From Carcharhinus longimanus (taxonomy: Eukaryota), in NCBI GenBank assembly GCA_030264375.1, contig JASCQW010000081.1, forward strand, positions 93,656,477 to 93,720,476: DNA of 64,000 nt, in the 5' to 3' direction. The position numbers and the translations under genes were made by a program. Under the pieces are notes generated by a model that was not told the DNA's origin, searched no databases, and saw nothing but the letters and a program-made list of their open reading frames with translations. The first letter of the stretch is position 1; every line of letters begins with the position of its first letter. Positions 25,280-37,799 of this stretch are shown here, in pieces.

Positions 25280-25850
25280 TCCCTGACACTTGCCTATTAT
25301 CTGCACCAACATGGATAGGTTGGAGCGGCGGTTGCATGCACTTAGGAGCATGAAGGTGGTGGAAAGAGTGATAGACAAGGTTTTTTTTGGTGATGTGGTG
25401 ACACCCTCTCCCCCCCCCCTCCCCCCCGCCAGTTGCAGGCAGGTAGATGGGTGACTGCTAGAATGAGTAGGATGCCAGTACAGGAATCCCCTGTGATCGC
25501 TTCCCCCTCTAACAAGGATACCACTTTGGAAACTGTTGGGGGATGGCCTCTCAGGGGAAATCAGCAGCATCAACCTCACCATTGGTGCCACGGCTGAACC
25601 TGTTGTTAAGCAAGGAGGGAAAAGTACACTAGAGGAATAATTATCCGGAACTCTATAGTTAGGGTTACTGATAGACATTTCTCTTGACGTGAAAGATACT
25701 CATTGATGGCATGCTGTCTGTCTGGTGAGAGTGTCCAATATGTCTCTGAACAGGAGCGAAATATTCTGAAGGGAGAGAGCGAAGAGCCAGAGGTCGTGGT
25801 TTTATCGGTGCTCACGAATTAGGAAGGAATTGTAATGAGGTTCGATTCAT
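25280..25850 (+). mobile_element. CR1 ORF1 fragment (coiled coil plus SGNH esterase N-half)
   Basis: MDRLERRLHALRSMKVVERVIDK, RWVTAR, PVQESPV, IIIRNSIVRVTDRHF (about VIGDSIVRGTDRRF), CCLSGESVQYVSEQERNILKGESEEPEVVV (about CCLPGARVQDVSER..NILKGEGEQPEVVVH). Confidence 0.85.
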
Positions 25851-26239
25851 ATAGGTTATGCGCATAATTCAGAAAGTCATGCGTTCATAATCGACTGTTG
25901 AATACATGTTTTTTCCAGGTCGTGTTAGCATCCCTTCATGACGTATTGGCATTCTTCTTTTCGCCATACACCTCGTCTGTTAATGCATTTTTGAAGGGCA
26001 GCCGACTGCTAGCAATAACTTGGCAGCCCGGAAGGAAATGCAGACGGATCTCAACGTAACAAAAAAATCTTCTTGAGACTTGATAAAGAAACGTTTTAGA
26101 GTGTTGATAGGACGATGTCAGCTATCCCCATTTAAATTGTTTTGTGATTGAAATGCACTGAATGCATACAGATAAATAATCCACAAATCAGCAAAGCAAT
26201 GTTGGAATGGAAAGGTAGAAAATTGAAGCAGAAAGTTGT

Positions 26240-27950
26240 CCTTATCTCAGTCCAAAATGGCCGACCGTATCCTAAGGCTGCTACCCGTTGTTCAAGACCC
26301 TACAGATAGAGGAACGTAACGTTCGTGCACACAACCTGTCCATCATTTCAGACAATTAAACGTTCTCATGAAATCGTTGTTATTCATATTTCAGTGACTA
26401 CAGACATTTTCCAACAAATTTCTCCTCATATAAGTATTCTGTCTTTTCAAGATTTTATCGCTGCACTCACCCCATCCTGATAAACTCCTTTATTAGGTAT
26501 GGACCAAACAACTGCACACAATACTCTGATGTAATCAGCCATATACCCTACATATCTAAAATAGGACATCCGCCTATACTCAAGTCCACTTGCGTTGAAG
26601 ACCAACATACAATTTTACTTCCCAATCGCTGGCTGTACCTAAACGTTTACTTACACTGACTGGTGTTTGCTTACACTGACTGCTGCACCAGAACGTCCAG
26701 GCCTTCTATTAGACCATCATTTGCCAATTTATCACGATTTAGCTAATGTTTGTCGTACACATTCTCCACCAAAAATCCATCGAAAGCTTCATTTTTATTC
26801 CCATTATACTGTACCTGCTGTGCATTCCCGACTCACTCGCGGTATCCAATTTCGTGGAACCGTTTTAAAATAGTCCCCATTGCTCACATTTCGGAAACGT
26901 TTGTGTCATCAGCAAACTTAAACATACACTTTTATCTCCCTCATGGAAATGATTAATTCACATTTTGCATCACTTAGCCCTAATATCCATGACATTTCGA
27001 AAAGAAAAGCTGATCTTTATGCAGATTCATCAGTATCTTGTCTGCTAAGCAATTCTTAATCCATGCCAATATGTTACCCACAATCCAATGTTCTTTAATT
27101 CTGCGTGCTAACCTTTTATATCGAAATTTAATAAAAAAGCTTTTGGAAACTCTAACTAAAAGAAATACACTGACTCATCATTGTATTGGTTATGAACTGA
27201 AACATTTCCTGACTCTTTGTCAAACTTAATTCCCCGTTCAAACCGGTACATCGAATTTATCTAGTTAATTTGATTCTTTTGAATGTTCCATTTTTCAAAG
27301 TTTTTACAATAAACCATAACATTTTCATTTCTGATCACACTAGACTGGAGGTTCTACACTCCATTGCTTTCACCTCTGACCCCTCACTTATGTTTTCTTA
27401 ATGGTTTAACATATGCTAAACAGCAATCTGATAGATCTGTTGCACAATGTGCAAAATTTTGGAAAATGACAGTTGGGCATTCATTGTTTCAATTGCCTTA
27501 TCCTTTTGTGTATTGCAATGTAAATGATAAGGCTTTGGGAATTCATTGCCATCCTGTCAAATTGATTTCACCAGTATTATTTTCTGGTAATGCCAACTTC
27601 GTTCAGCTCCTCCATCTCGTTGGACGCTTGATGCTTTAGCACACAAGTCATGTTATTTGTACCATCTCCTTGCTGTTGTAACTTCTAATGTTCCACACTG
27701 TATAGCACCGACATTCCTTTTCACTGATGTATTGTCTTTTATGTGCCTATAGAAGCTTTTGTTGTCAATTTTTATATTAGTTATACGTTTACCCTCCTCC
27801 CCTGAATCAATACCATAGTGCCCATCGGCTGACATACAAACTGAACTTTATCCTTAGGGTTTCGACTTATTTTCTAACGAATTTACCTGACTCCTTTTTG
27901 AAATGAACACTGCCCTTAATTGTTTCGTTAGCAATGTTTGGAGATATGTT
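26240..27950 (-). mobile_element. Decayed CR1 ORF2
   Basis: KFADDT on the minus strand at 26902-26919. ORF 27653..27835 NIKIDNKSFYRHIK...NVGAIQ (about NIKTD.KSFYRY.K...NVGPLQ). Confidence 0.8.
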
Positions 27951-29029
27951 AATGTGCTCATGTAAAAAAGAAATGAACGTATAATTATTTCATCACCGAT
28001 TTGTGTAACTGGTCACTACCCATCCTATAGAAAATATGCTTACTGTAAAGAAATTGTGAGTGGTAAGTTTCAGGCATGTTCTATTTGGTGTGCTTTAGTT
28101 GAATGAACAAGTATAAACATTTTGAAAACTCAAGGATTGTTCCTGTAACAAGAGAATACATTAGGTCTGAAAAAAAAGTTCAGAACAATTCCACATTAAT
28201 ATTGAAAGAAGATGTACAGCTCTTTAAGGTCAAAGTTGTGATAGCAAACTGGCACAATCAACTTGATATCCGATTTTTAGAAATGTCAACTTGCATATTT
28301 TGCAAGGCCATGATTAATTCAATGGATCAGAGATTGCAAATCAAACAATCCGTTACATTTTCAGGAGGGTACTTGTTTCATACGTACCACAACACGGTAC
28401 AAAATTTCTGCATCCATGATGTCTTACTGAATGGTAGTGTCAATCGCCAAAGTAAAAACATTTGCAAACAAGTAGTGTTTTATATTACTTGTGAGTCAAA
28501 TCTTCGCTTTCAGAACTAAAATAGCTTCTAACAATCTGTTTCATTCTTACTACCCATGAATGACAGTCATGCAGGTGATATGGATTCACTTTCGTAAACA
28601 TGGAGGAATGATGATTCATATCCCCTATAATAATTATGTTTGGAAAGGTTACTCGTGCAATTGTGGCATAATGACTGATTTCAAGGTTTTGCGTTTGCTA
28701 GCCCATTGAACATCTTCTTCGGATCATGTCAATAACCTCTTTCATCATCACATCTTTTCTCCTCTGTCTTTGCATTTGAGAATTTTTTTGTAGAAATGTA
28801 CAATATGTTTATGTAGCTATATTAAGGTTGATAAACAAATACGTATTTAGAATGACTAATAAATAGTTAAATAGATAAATGCGTACATAAATAAATAAAC
28901 ATATGTCATAATTCGTAGCAGTTATTACTTCAAATCTTGATTCTCAGAATCTGTTAATGATTGTTTCTCTTTATGAGAGTGCTATGCAGAATTTAATGTC
29001 CATCAACATTCATTCGTTAAACATGCAAG

Positions 29030-32000
29030 CAAACATGACAATCAGTATCAGGATTAGGCGTCCCAAGACTTTGAGCCTGCTCGACCAGGTGATAATATCA
29101 TGATTGACCTGATATGAACCTAACGTCTGCATGCTGTCTACACCTGCCAATCTTTAATCGGTTACCAACATTACAGCCATCATTGTCATCAAAAACATTC
29201 AAAGAAATTGCACTTCCACCTTTTATGGAGGCCTGTTCCGGATAATCACGGCATTCTGAGAGAAAACAAAATCAGCTAAAGTTTTTTTCAAAAAAAAACG
29301 AGCGACTGATCTACTCAACAGTGAAAATTCGCTCTCGATGCTCCCACATCGCAAACACCCTATCCACATCTGCGTTGTCATACATCTCTCGATCTTAAAT
29401 ATTTCAATCACGCCGTCTCTTACTCTTCCAAACTCTCGCCGACACAAATATATTCTATCCGACATTCATCTTAATTAAATAATCAACCCAGTCAGTGAAT
29501 TTAAAAACAAAACTACCATCAATGTATTTGCATAGTTCTTGACGTAAGGACGAATAGCCAGCACATAGCACTCCAATGATGTCGACTCATGCCATGTACT
29601 AATAACACGTTACCTTTTTACATATATTTTTAATCCCTCTTGGACTAACAAAATAAAACAAATAATTACTTTCTGCACTTGAATAATAACGGTTTGTAAA
29701 TCATGGAATAGAACATCCAAGTCCCTAATCCTTCAGTACTCTGCAGACTGTTACTACGTATGCACTGCAGGTATTCAGAACAAAATTCCCCAAAGCGCTG
29801 GTTCGGAATTTACCTCTTTCTTCTTCAGTTGCCAGATTTCGAAACACTAAATTAACGTAGCTCAATGTTTTTAACGTTCTTATGCCCTGTTCATATTTCA
29901 CAACCACCCCCTTCAACAACGTCCCCCCCCCCCGCGCTTTGTTGTCAACAAAAATATTGGCAACCACCTCTTCGAACGAACGTGCATCGATTTCATTCAA
30001 ATAATGTGTAAACCGTGCCTGTGGTGCATCATGTCTGACAGGTTACCAACCAGAAAAAAACATCATTTACGACGAACCTCTATTTCTTGTTATCCAGCCC
30101 ATATTCTACACACGGAAAATAGGTTACCCTAATTTGTGAGGTTTGATTTTTTTTTTCAGAGAAAAACCGTGTTGTTGCATTCATTCTAATGTTCTCAGGA
30201 AATGCAATTCCATTACATCCAGCGTTTTTTTTCATCTACAGCAGAAGCTTCGATCTCAAATCACTCGATGAAGTATGATGTGGATTGCGGAAACCCGTGG
30301 TGCCTATGCAAGACTACATTCAAGTTAGCATATGTAATGACGGCGACTACCATTTTTCCTGCGACATATGTTCAACTATCTGCCCTGCAGTTATGCTCTT
30401 TTTGCAGCACCCACCTATTTTTTTTCAAAAAACCCAGTCACATTTGTTCCATTTCAAATAAGCTGCATCTGCTTTGGATCTAGGAAGTTTTAGAAAATCA
30501 CACCTTCATACCCTCAACAATTATTTTAAGAATGTGGACGATGTGCATTTGTCCTTGCATTTGTCAGACAGCAGCTCCCACAATTCACTGAACACCACTT
30601 CTGTGGAAATTATAATTTCCCTCTCTTTCTGGCCTCTCCCCGCCCCCCCCCCCCTTAATTAGGTGTTTCACATATGTTCCTGATGTTTTCTACAGAAACA
30701 ACAGACGCAAAAAATATGTTCGATTCATTTCCCATTGCCTTGGATCCAATAAAGGTGTTTCAGATTCAATTTCTATCGGGCCAATGGACACACTATTAAC
30801 AATTTACTTTTCAGTTAAATTTTCACAGTTGATGTTCATTTCACTCACTTCCTTTTCCTTGCACATTCATTATTCGATCATTTTTAATCGTTTCACCATC
30901 GTTCACTTTTCATGATACCATTTGTTAATATTTTGATGCACCAATTTAGCTTGGACAGTTATATGTCATTTTTAAAGATTTGATTCCAGCTTTAACACAT
31001 CTAATTAAACATGTATTTAAACTGTGCCCATTGTACTTTCATGTTGTTCCTGTAAAGCTATTATGTGCATTGTGAAATAATTTCTTAATGCTTTGTTACT
31101 GACTCCCTTAACTTTTCCCCCAACAATTCTGTTTAGCGAACCTAATTTTCAAGCACACACAATCGTTCTTATTGAATTCTAATGTAATCTAACTACAGTG
31201 AAATTTAAGAATTAATTATATAATGGGCCATGTTACCTCGGGTGCTGTCAACACAAGATAGTTCATTAAAATTTTTTGTGTTGCATAATACCAGTTCTTT
31301 ATGACTGTCTCGTGAACATGTTATTCAAGAAAATACTATCCTGAAAAAATACGTTTTTGCCCGTCTGATTTTTTCTGCCCATATGCGTATTAAAAAAAAA
31401 ATCCATGATTACCTCGATGTCTTTCTGAAAAGGTAAATGGACGGAAAAAAGTTAACCAGATCGGGATTTATGGCCGTAGCTTCACTGTCAACATTATACT
31501 CTTAATTCTAGATTTTCATTGATGAGGGCTTCGAATTCAGACATGCAACTCATTTACATTGTTCCCTGAATTATTTCTGTTGTGAAAACATGACTGTGCC
31601 CTCTCTTCAAATAATGATCCAAATCTCCACTTGACTTCTGCTATGGGGCCTGGAAACGATTTCCTAAATTGGCTTCTTGCCTTTACATTTTTTCACAACT
31701 GTCCAATCATTTTCTAAAACTTGTTTTCTTGAATGGACACCATCAATCTCTATTGTTCGTAGGTCATTATTAATTATCACAGCGACATATCTGTCAGTTC
31801 TTCATTTCCTTTGTTTCATACATGTCCTGTTTAACTAAATATCCATTTCCAAGCAATACAAATTCCCAGCCATATGTACGGAATATCCATCACATCGTAC
31901 ATCGATATATCAATGAACCCTCTCAGTTCAAATGTTTCATTCAAACTACTACGTATATTAAGGTACAACGCTTTCCCTTTACATTTTAATTGTTTGAAAA

Positions 32001-32930
32001 AACTCTTCCCATTTATGTGCATATTGTTAGATTTAAATTCGTTATCCCATCACTTCATGATCTGATTTACATTTCCCATAGTTCTGCATTCCTCTCTTGA
32101 CTTGCCCATACAATTTGAGATACAAAAACAAAACCTTCCAAATCTGATCCGTTGTCCAGCACTTAAAAAAAAATCTCTCTAACTATAATTGTGCAGTTCT
32201 CATAAACAAAAGGCCAGGTACGAACCATCCAAAACGTGTAGCTCCAAATTTCACGAGCTGTCAATTAACTAATATAGTAACCACTTCTGTAAGGCTTGTC
32301 GTTGTGCCACAAATTTACTTTTCGCTTCTGGCTTCATCACGGAGAATTTTAACGTAGCTGAAAAAATAACCCATGGATTGCAACATTTGAGGTCTTCTTC
32401 TTCATTTTGCACTCAATTCCTCATATTGGCAAGGCAGAACCTTCTTCTTTTCCAGCGTCCATCATTGATACAAACATGATCACGACAACTAGGTCTCCCT
32501 GTCTCCCACTACAAGCTTCTCTCGTGATTAAAGCAGATGTCAGGAAACCCCGTCAGGAAACAACTTAACACCAGTTACAGATGCTGACCGAGGGAATGTA
32601 TTTTCTTTCTTGTGACAGACCATGTCCGAAAGGCTCAAGTATTTCAATAGCAGTTCCCAAATTTACACTTATTTCTCTTCCTCCCTTGAGCTCATTAACT
32701 ACCCAACACTGAAAATCAATTGTCATATCCGTGCAAATGTCAAATCGAACGTCGCTTGCTCACTTAATCAGCTACTAAGACAATGGCTTGCCACACTAGA
32801 ATTACCTCATAATGGCACATTTAATCAGGAAAATTACTCCACTTCTGTTTCCTGCTCGATTTACACACTCAGAACAACAGAGGAGAGCCAGGCAACATGT
32901 CCCCTTCTGAACAATCTAATCAGTTAGCCA
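29030..32930 (-). mobile_element. Near full-length but heavily decayed CR1 (3' UTR, RT, APE, ORF1), possibly a composite of collinear fragments
   Basis: 3' UTR near 29050-29110 (ttgagcctgctcgacc). VANIFVDNKARG (FADDTK region, ORF 29725..30000). KALYLNIRSSLNETFELRGFIDISMYDVMDIPYIWL (APE start, ORF 31831..32022). GDLVVVIMF...KKKTSNVAIHGL (ORF1 esterase, about 32370-32520). Confidence 0.65.
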
Positions 32931-32968
32931 TCTCTGCGATTTCTCAGTAAAATGCTTCATGCTGTCAG

Positions 32969-33790
32969 ATGAGTTGTGTCGTAACAGATTGCACCAACGA
33001 TGAAGATATAGGACGACTCTGTGACGTGTTGAAGAAAGATTTGAAGCTAAATTTGAACGGCCGAATTGCCTTGAGTGTTGAGATGAAACTGGTGACAGTG
33101 ATGAACTTACTCGGCACTTTGGCCTTTCATCATGATTTCACTCACCTCTATAAAATTTGGAATCATGTTACGAGAAACTTCATTTATCTTCGCCTAATGT
33201 GGACTTTCTGCACGGTTTCAGAGTTTATTTGACATATTCCCTTTGTAATTGAGGTTAGACTCCGATAGCCTTCGACAGTGTTGCTGACTTCCCGCAAGTC
33301 GCCAATGCTGTCAACGTAACATTAGTTTGAAGGTACTGACAAATAAGGTTGTTGCCTTTGTCTTCAGAAGGGGGCTCCTCTGTTTTAACGTGATTACTGT
33401 AAACAATACAAAATGAAGATCAATTATGTAAATGTCAATAACCTCAGAAGTGTCCTTGACTCATTCATCCTTGTGATCTGATTTTCATACACGACAACAT
33501 TTCCAGAACTTACAGGATAGAAACTGGCTGATTAGTGACATCCACAGAGAACACTTGCTATGATACGATTTTGGAGGATCAAAAATGAAACACAGGTGAG
33601 AGTCCACCGTGCCCATGTAGCAATACATCAGATAGAGCACAGGACGTATGGATTTTTAAAATCACGTTTTCAATGTTTGCACAGGAGTGAGTTCACCTTA
33701 CAGCATGCAACTGATGTGGCGTCAACGAGCTTCTAAATATACAGTGCATGCACAGTTTTGAACTCGATCTGCATTGCAGCAGACATGAGG
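32969..33790 (+). mobile_element. PIF/Harbinger DDE transposase fossil (HARBI1-like family), broken by stops and frameshifts
   Basis: Collinear motifs: RLCDVLKKDL..NGRIALSVEMKLVTVMNLL, AFDSVADFPQVANAVN (about F..IAGFP.V.GAID), FVFRRGLLCFNV (about F.NRKG.HS.NV), VNVNNLRSVLDSFIL (about V.A.YPGS.HD.FIL), WLISD (about WLLGD), VHRAHVAIHQIEHRTYGFLKSRFQCLHRS (about YN.AH...R..IE.T.G.LK.RFRCL.RS). Confidence 0.8.
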
Positions 33791-34089
33791 ATAGCAAATC
33801 CAACGTTAAGATGCTTACTACAGAAAGTGTGGATCCCTCGGCTCCAACAATGCCAAGGTCAGCTCTACACCTCCTGGCCGCGGCTGTATTTATACATTAA
33901 ATTTAAAAATGAACGAAATACGCTTAACTGCCTTCCTGCCTCGTTCCTTTTTTCTTCCCTCTCTTCCCTTTCTCGTTCCTCCCTTGCGATTCTTTGACTT
34001 TCACTCTTTTCCCCTCCCTTATTTCTGACCTCCCCCTCCCTTGCAACCCTCCGCTCCCCCTCATTCAGGCCTATTTTCCCTTCTTCGTT

Positions 34090-34270
34090 TTTTTTTTGTT
34101 ATTCATTCGTGAGAAACGACAGGCCAGCATTTATTGTGCATCCCTAGCTGCTGTTGAGAAGGTGATGGTGAGCAACATTCTTGGATCGTTGCAGTCCACA
34201 TGCAATGTGTTGACCAAAAATGCTGTTGAGGAGGGAATTTTTCCAACGTGAACCGACATGACTGACGGGG
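34090..34270 (-). mobile_element. 3' end of the LINE family seen at 22300-23390
   Basis: ttattcattc...ggccagcatttattgtgcatccctagctgctgttgagaaggtgatggtgagc...ttgcagtccac, preceded by a T-run (an A-tail on the minus strand). Confidence 0.75.
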
Positions 34271-35670
34271 TAATATCTAAAACAACATTTCATTGCTACA
34301 AATTTAATATATGCACACACAAACTATATATATGTGTGTGTGTGTGTATATATTAAATTTGAAGCTTCCCCGTTCAAATGACGTAGCCTCCTTTTTTTTC
34401 TCAAATTGAACTCCAGTTTACCCAACACCAATTGTGTCTTAACTAGGAGGCTCTGGGTGAGAGCATGAGTCCGCACCTCTTAGCAAGCATTGGAAATTTA
34501 CGGGAAATGTTTTGTTGGTTCATCAGCGCATATTACTGCACCAAAATCGTTTTGTACTCTTTACCAAGCTGAATCGATTCCTGAGAGAGCCAATTAATTT
34601 TACTATGAACCGAGAGGCTCAGTTAATTCCTATTACAGATTTCATAGTTCAGCCGTTTCAGTTAGAGGTTAATAGGTTACAAAAACTGTTAGACTTGAAG
34701 TTTTTGTTTTGTTAATTAATGATTTTTATTAATATTTACAGATTACTGACTGGTTCACTACAAGGTGTCAGATCATAATTAAATATAAAATATATATGCA
34801 AGATAGCATTACTGAATTAATCAAAAAATCTGGACAGAAAGTGAGGCATTCAAACGATAACAAAAACACACATCAAAAATATGATCTTAATCCAACAAAC
34901 TACAAGTTACAGCCAAATGGTAATTAGATACAAAATGAATAAGCACGCGACCTAAAAATATGGTATTGTTGGGCTACATTAGCGAATGTTGGAGAGAGAT
35001 AAGAGGAACCCTAATTCATTCCACGTTGCCACCAGACGTCTCCCCGTTCAGATGACGTGCACGTCACTATCCCAAATGTCCCATCTAAAGCAACACTAAT
35101 TGTCAATGAAATGGGGGGAGGCCCTCTGCGAGTGGATGAGATTGCAGATTGCAGCATGCATTGGAAATCTACAGAAAATATGTTGCTGTTTCATCAAAAA
35201 AAAATGCTTCATCGAAGTCGCATTCTGTTGTCAACGAAGGTAAATCGATTCATGAAGATCAGCACGTATTGTGCATTTATGTCTGTTAATAATTGTACAT
35301 ACTGGGAAACATTATGTAAGACAGTATTTGGAAACATGTTGACGTCACAACTTTTGGATTCCTGTGCAACATGATGCTTTACGTGTTGAGATACCGATTA
35401 AACATAAACGACAAAATCCACATGATCATCAAATTATCGTTATGCACGAGTAGGGTCCCTTGCCACTGACTTGGTAGCTTTATCAACTGCTGAAGGCTCG
35501 AGTTTCCTGCTTCCAATAATGAAGTGACACAATCAGGGGCTTCACCCTCGGCCCCCCTCACCTACCCCAACTACCACTCCTCCTCCAACACCTCTAATGT
35601 AACATTGGGTATTCTATAGCGTCCCATAAAAATCTGAAACATCAGGCTGCCGATTGGAATCTCCAATCAT

Positions 35671-36360
35671 CATTCCATCCATTCACCTACCTATCCATCC
35701 ATCCATCAAACTACCCACNNNNNNNNNNNNNNNNNNNNNNNNNNNNNNNNNNNNNNNNNNNNNNNNNNNNNNNNNNNNNNNNNNNNNNNNNNNNNNNNNN
35801 NNNNNNNNNNNNNNNNNNNNNNNNNNNNNNNNNNNNNNNNNNNNNNNNNNNNNNNNNNNNNNNNTTCATCCAGGCATCCATCAGGCCAAGCCATCCCGCC
35901 ATTAATTCATTCATCCATGCATCCACCCTCCCATCCGTTCTCCCATCCATCAATCCATCCATACATTGATCCATCCACCCTTCCATCCAGCCATCCATTA
36001 TTCCATCCATTCTTACATGCATTCCAACGTTCCATCCATGTCACCATCCAGCCGTTTATTACCCTTTCATTCCTCCATCCATCAATCCATTCATCCACCT
36101 CTCCATCCATTCATCTAACCATCGATCTACCCAATCATAAATCCATCCATCCAACCATCCACCACCCATCAGTCCAATTAACCATCCATAAAACCATCCT
36201 TTCTCCATCAATCCATCCATCTATAAGTCCATCCATCCATCCATCCATCCACGAATCCGTCCATCCATCCATGGATCCGTCCGCCGGTCCATCCGTTCAT
36301 CACCCATCTATTCATTCATTCATCTATGCATTCATTGATCCATCCATCCATCCTTTCACC
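35671..36360. repeat. Degenerate (ATCC)n/(GGAT)n tetranucleotide microsatellite, with a gap at 35719-35864
   Basis: Many ccatccatcc units are directly visible. Confidence 0.95.
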
Positions 36361-36844
36361 TATCCTTTCAGTGCCTCTATGATCATTATTTTGCGGAGTG
36401 CCACCCTTGCCTTGCGATTATATCATCAAATTTTGGTCAGCCATGTAAGTGAATAGTTCAAACAAATTTTGACCCACTCATTTGTCCCCATTCCGACGGC
36501 AATTATGCAGCATCGTTTAGCTTAGAAAACATGGAATATGCTTATCAAGTCTCTGGCGCTGTCACTGTTTCCACGGTTTCTTCGCACGTCATGCAACTTA
36601 TAAGAAGGACATTGTTCTCTGCCGCTTTTCGGTTCACAAGTGATAAAATCATTGGCCGTGTTTTCCATTTTGATGACAAATTGCATGCCTCATGCATTCC
36701 CCTGCCTGCTTGCGTGTTATGTCATCGACTTTACTGTTCTTTTATTTCCCGTTTGAAGTTTTTTTTTAATTTTCAAAGTTGAACTCTATTATCAAATTTA
36801 TGCGAGTGCTCTCCTGAAAAAAGTGCTCGTGCCTTACGTATTTC

Positions 36845-37132
36845 AGAGAATCTTAGAATCCTATAGTCCAGAAGGAACTCATTTGGCCGTTTATCTCTGG
36901 AAGACATCAATCTCATAAATGTCATACATCTTTAACCCCACACGTTTGCCCTGCTGATCACACATGGCAAATCTTCTAATATGGACATCTTTAGACTATC
37001 GGAAATCCAGGAAAGCCGTGCAATCATGAGAAGAATTTGAAAACTTCACGTGGTCTGTCACCCAAAGCCAGAACTGAGCATGGATCCCTGGAATTTAAGA
37101 CATCAGTGCAAACACTATGTCTCTGTTCGCCA
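36845..37132 (-). mobile_element. HE1-like V-SINE, decayed
   Basis: Collinear with 59550-59918: gaatcctatagtccagaagga..catttggcc, acatctttagact, gtcacccaaagccagaactgagcatggatccctgg, cagtgcaaacactatg. Confidence 0.7.
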
Positions 37133-37194
37133 CACGTTTTATGCTATAACCATAGCATTATCTAAATAGCCCTTACTATGGCTCCAGATATTTC

Positions 37195-37469
37195 ATGATG
37201 TGGATATGCCGGCGTTGGACTGGGGTAAACACAGTAAAAAGTCTGACAACACCAGGTTTTAATCCAACCGATTTATTTGATAGNNNNNNNNNNNNNNNNN
37301 NNNNNNNNNNNNNNNNNNNNNNNNNNNNNNNNNNNNNNNNNNNNNNNNNNNNNNNNNNNNNNNNNNNNNNNNNNNNNNNNNNNGACGAAGGGGCTAACCC
37401 GAAAGCTTGTGAGTTTACTATCAAATAAATCGGTTGGACTAAAACCTGGTGTTGTCAGACGTTTTACTG
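37195..37469 (+). mobile_element. Young Penelope-like element with inverted termini and a 10-bp TSD; interior lies in the gap
   Basis: 52-bp inverted arms 37232-37283 and 37418-37469 (2 mismatches). Direct repeat CAGATATTTC at 37185-37194 and 37470-37479. Hammerhead core just inside the right arm. Confidence 0.85.
37384..37417 (+). ncRNA. Minimal type I hammerhead ribozyme motif (first 2 core nt fall in the gap)
   Basis: [CT]GACGA-A-GGG-GCTAA-CCC-GAAA-GCT-TGTG-AGT-T-T. Stem II is GGG/CCC. Stem III is A-U, G.U, C-G, U-A, followed by H17. Confidence 0.65.
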
Positions 37470-37799
37470 CAGATATTTCGCCATGTTTGGCTGTTAATAG
37501 AAGCATTTAAAATACCTGTTCGTTGAGAAACACATATGGTCCCATGACCGTTTTTCTGTCAGTCTTTACCTTCAATTTCTGGTTCGTATATTCCCTCTTA
37601 CGCTATTGTCCTTTTTTTTAAATTTTGGAAATGCAATTTGATTGTTTTTGTTTTGTTTTGTTTTGCTTCGTTCTTCATCTTTATTTTGCATCAGTTGGAA
37701 TGACCCAGAAGCTTGGAATAATGCTCAAAGCCTTCAAATTAATGTCGTAAAACACAAGTATCTTGCATTAAATGTTTTAATTTTAGCTAAATGAGTGAC

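Noticed and set aside
28103-28519. 138-aa ORF in non-repeat DNA
   Set aside because: No recognisable domain or convincing splice context; a length like this can arise by chance in 64 kb.
35654-36456. Long ORFs (179 aa HPSI-rich and MDGW-rich)
   Set aside because: They are translations of the (ATCC)n microsatellite and the gap.
37232-37469. Inverted arms read as DNA-transposon TIRs or a MITE
   Set aside because: The left arm starts 37 nt inside the TSD, the hammerhead core is present, and the arm is homologous to the terminus near a PLE ORF end at 5.3-6.2 kb; a PLE fits better.
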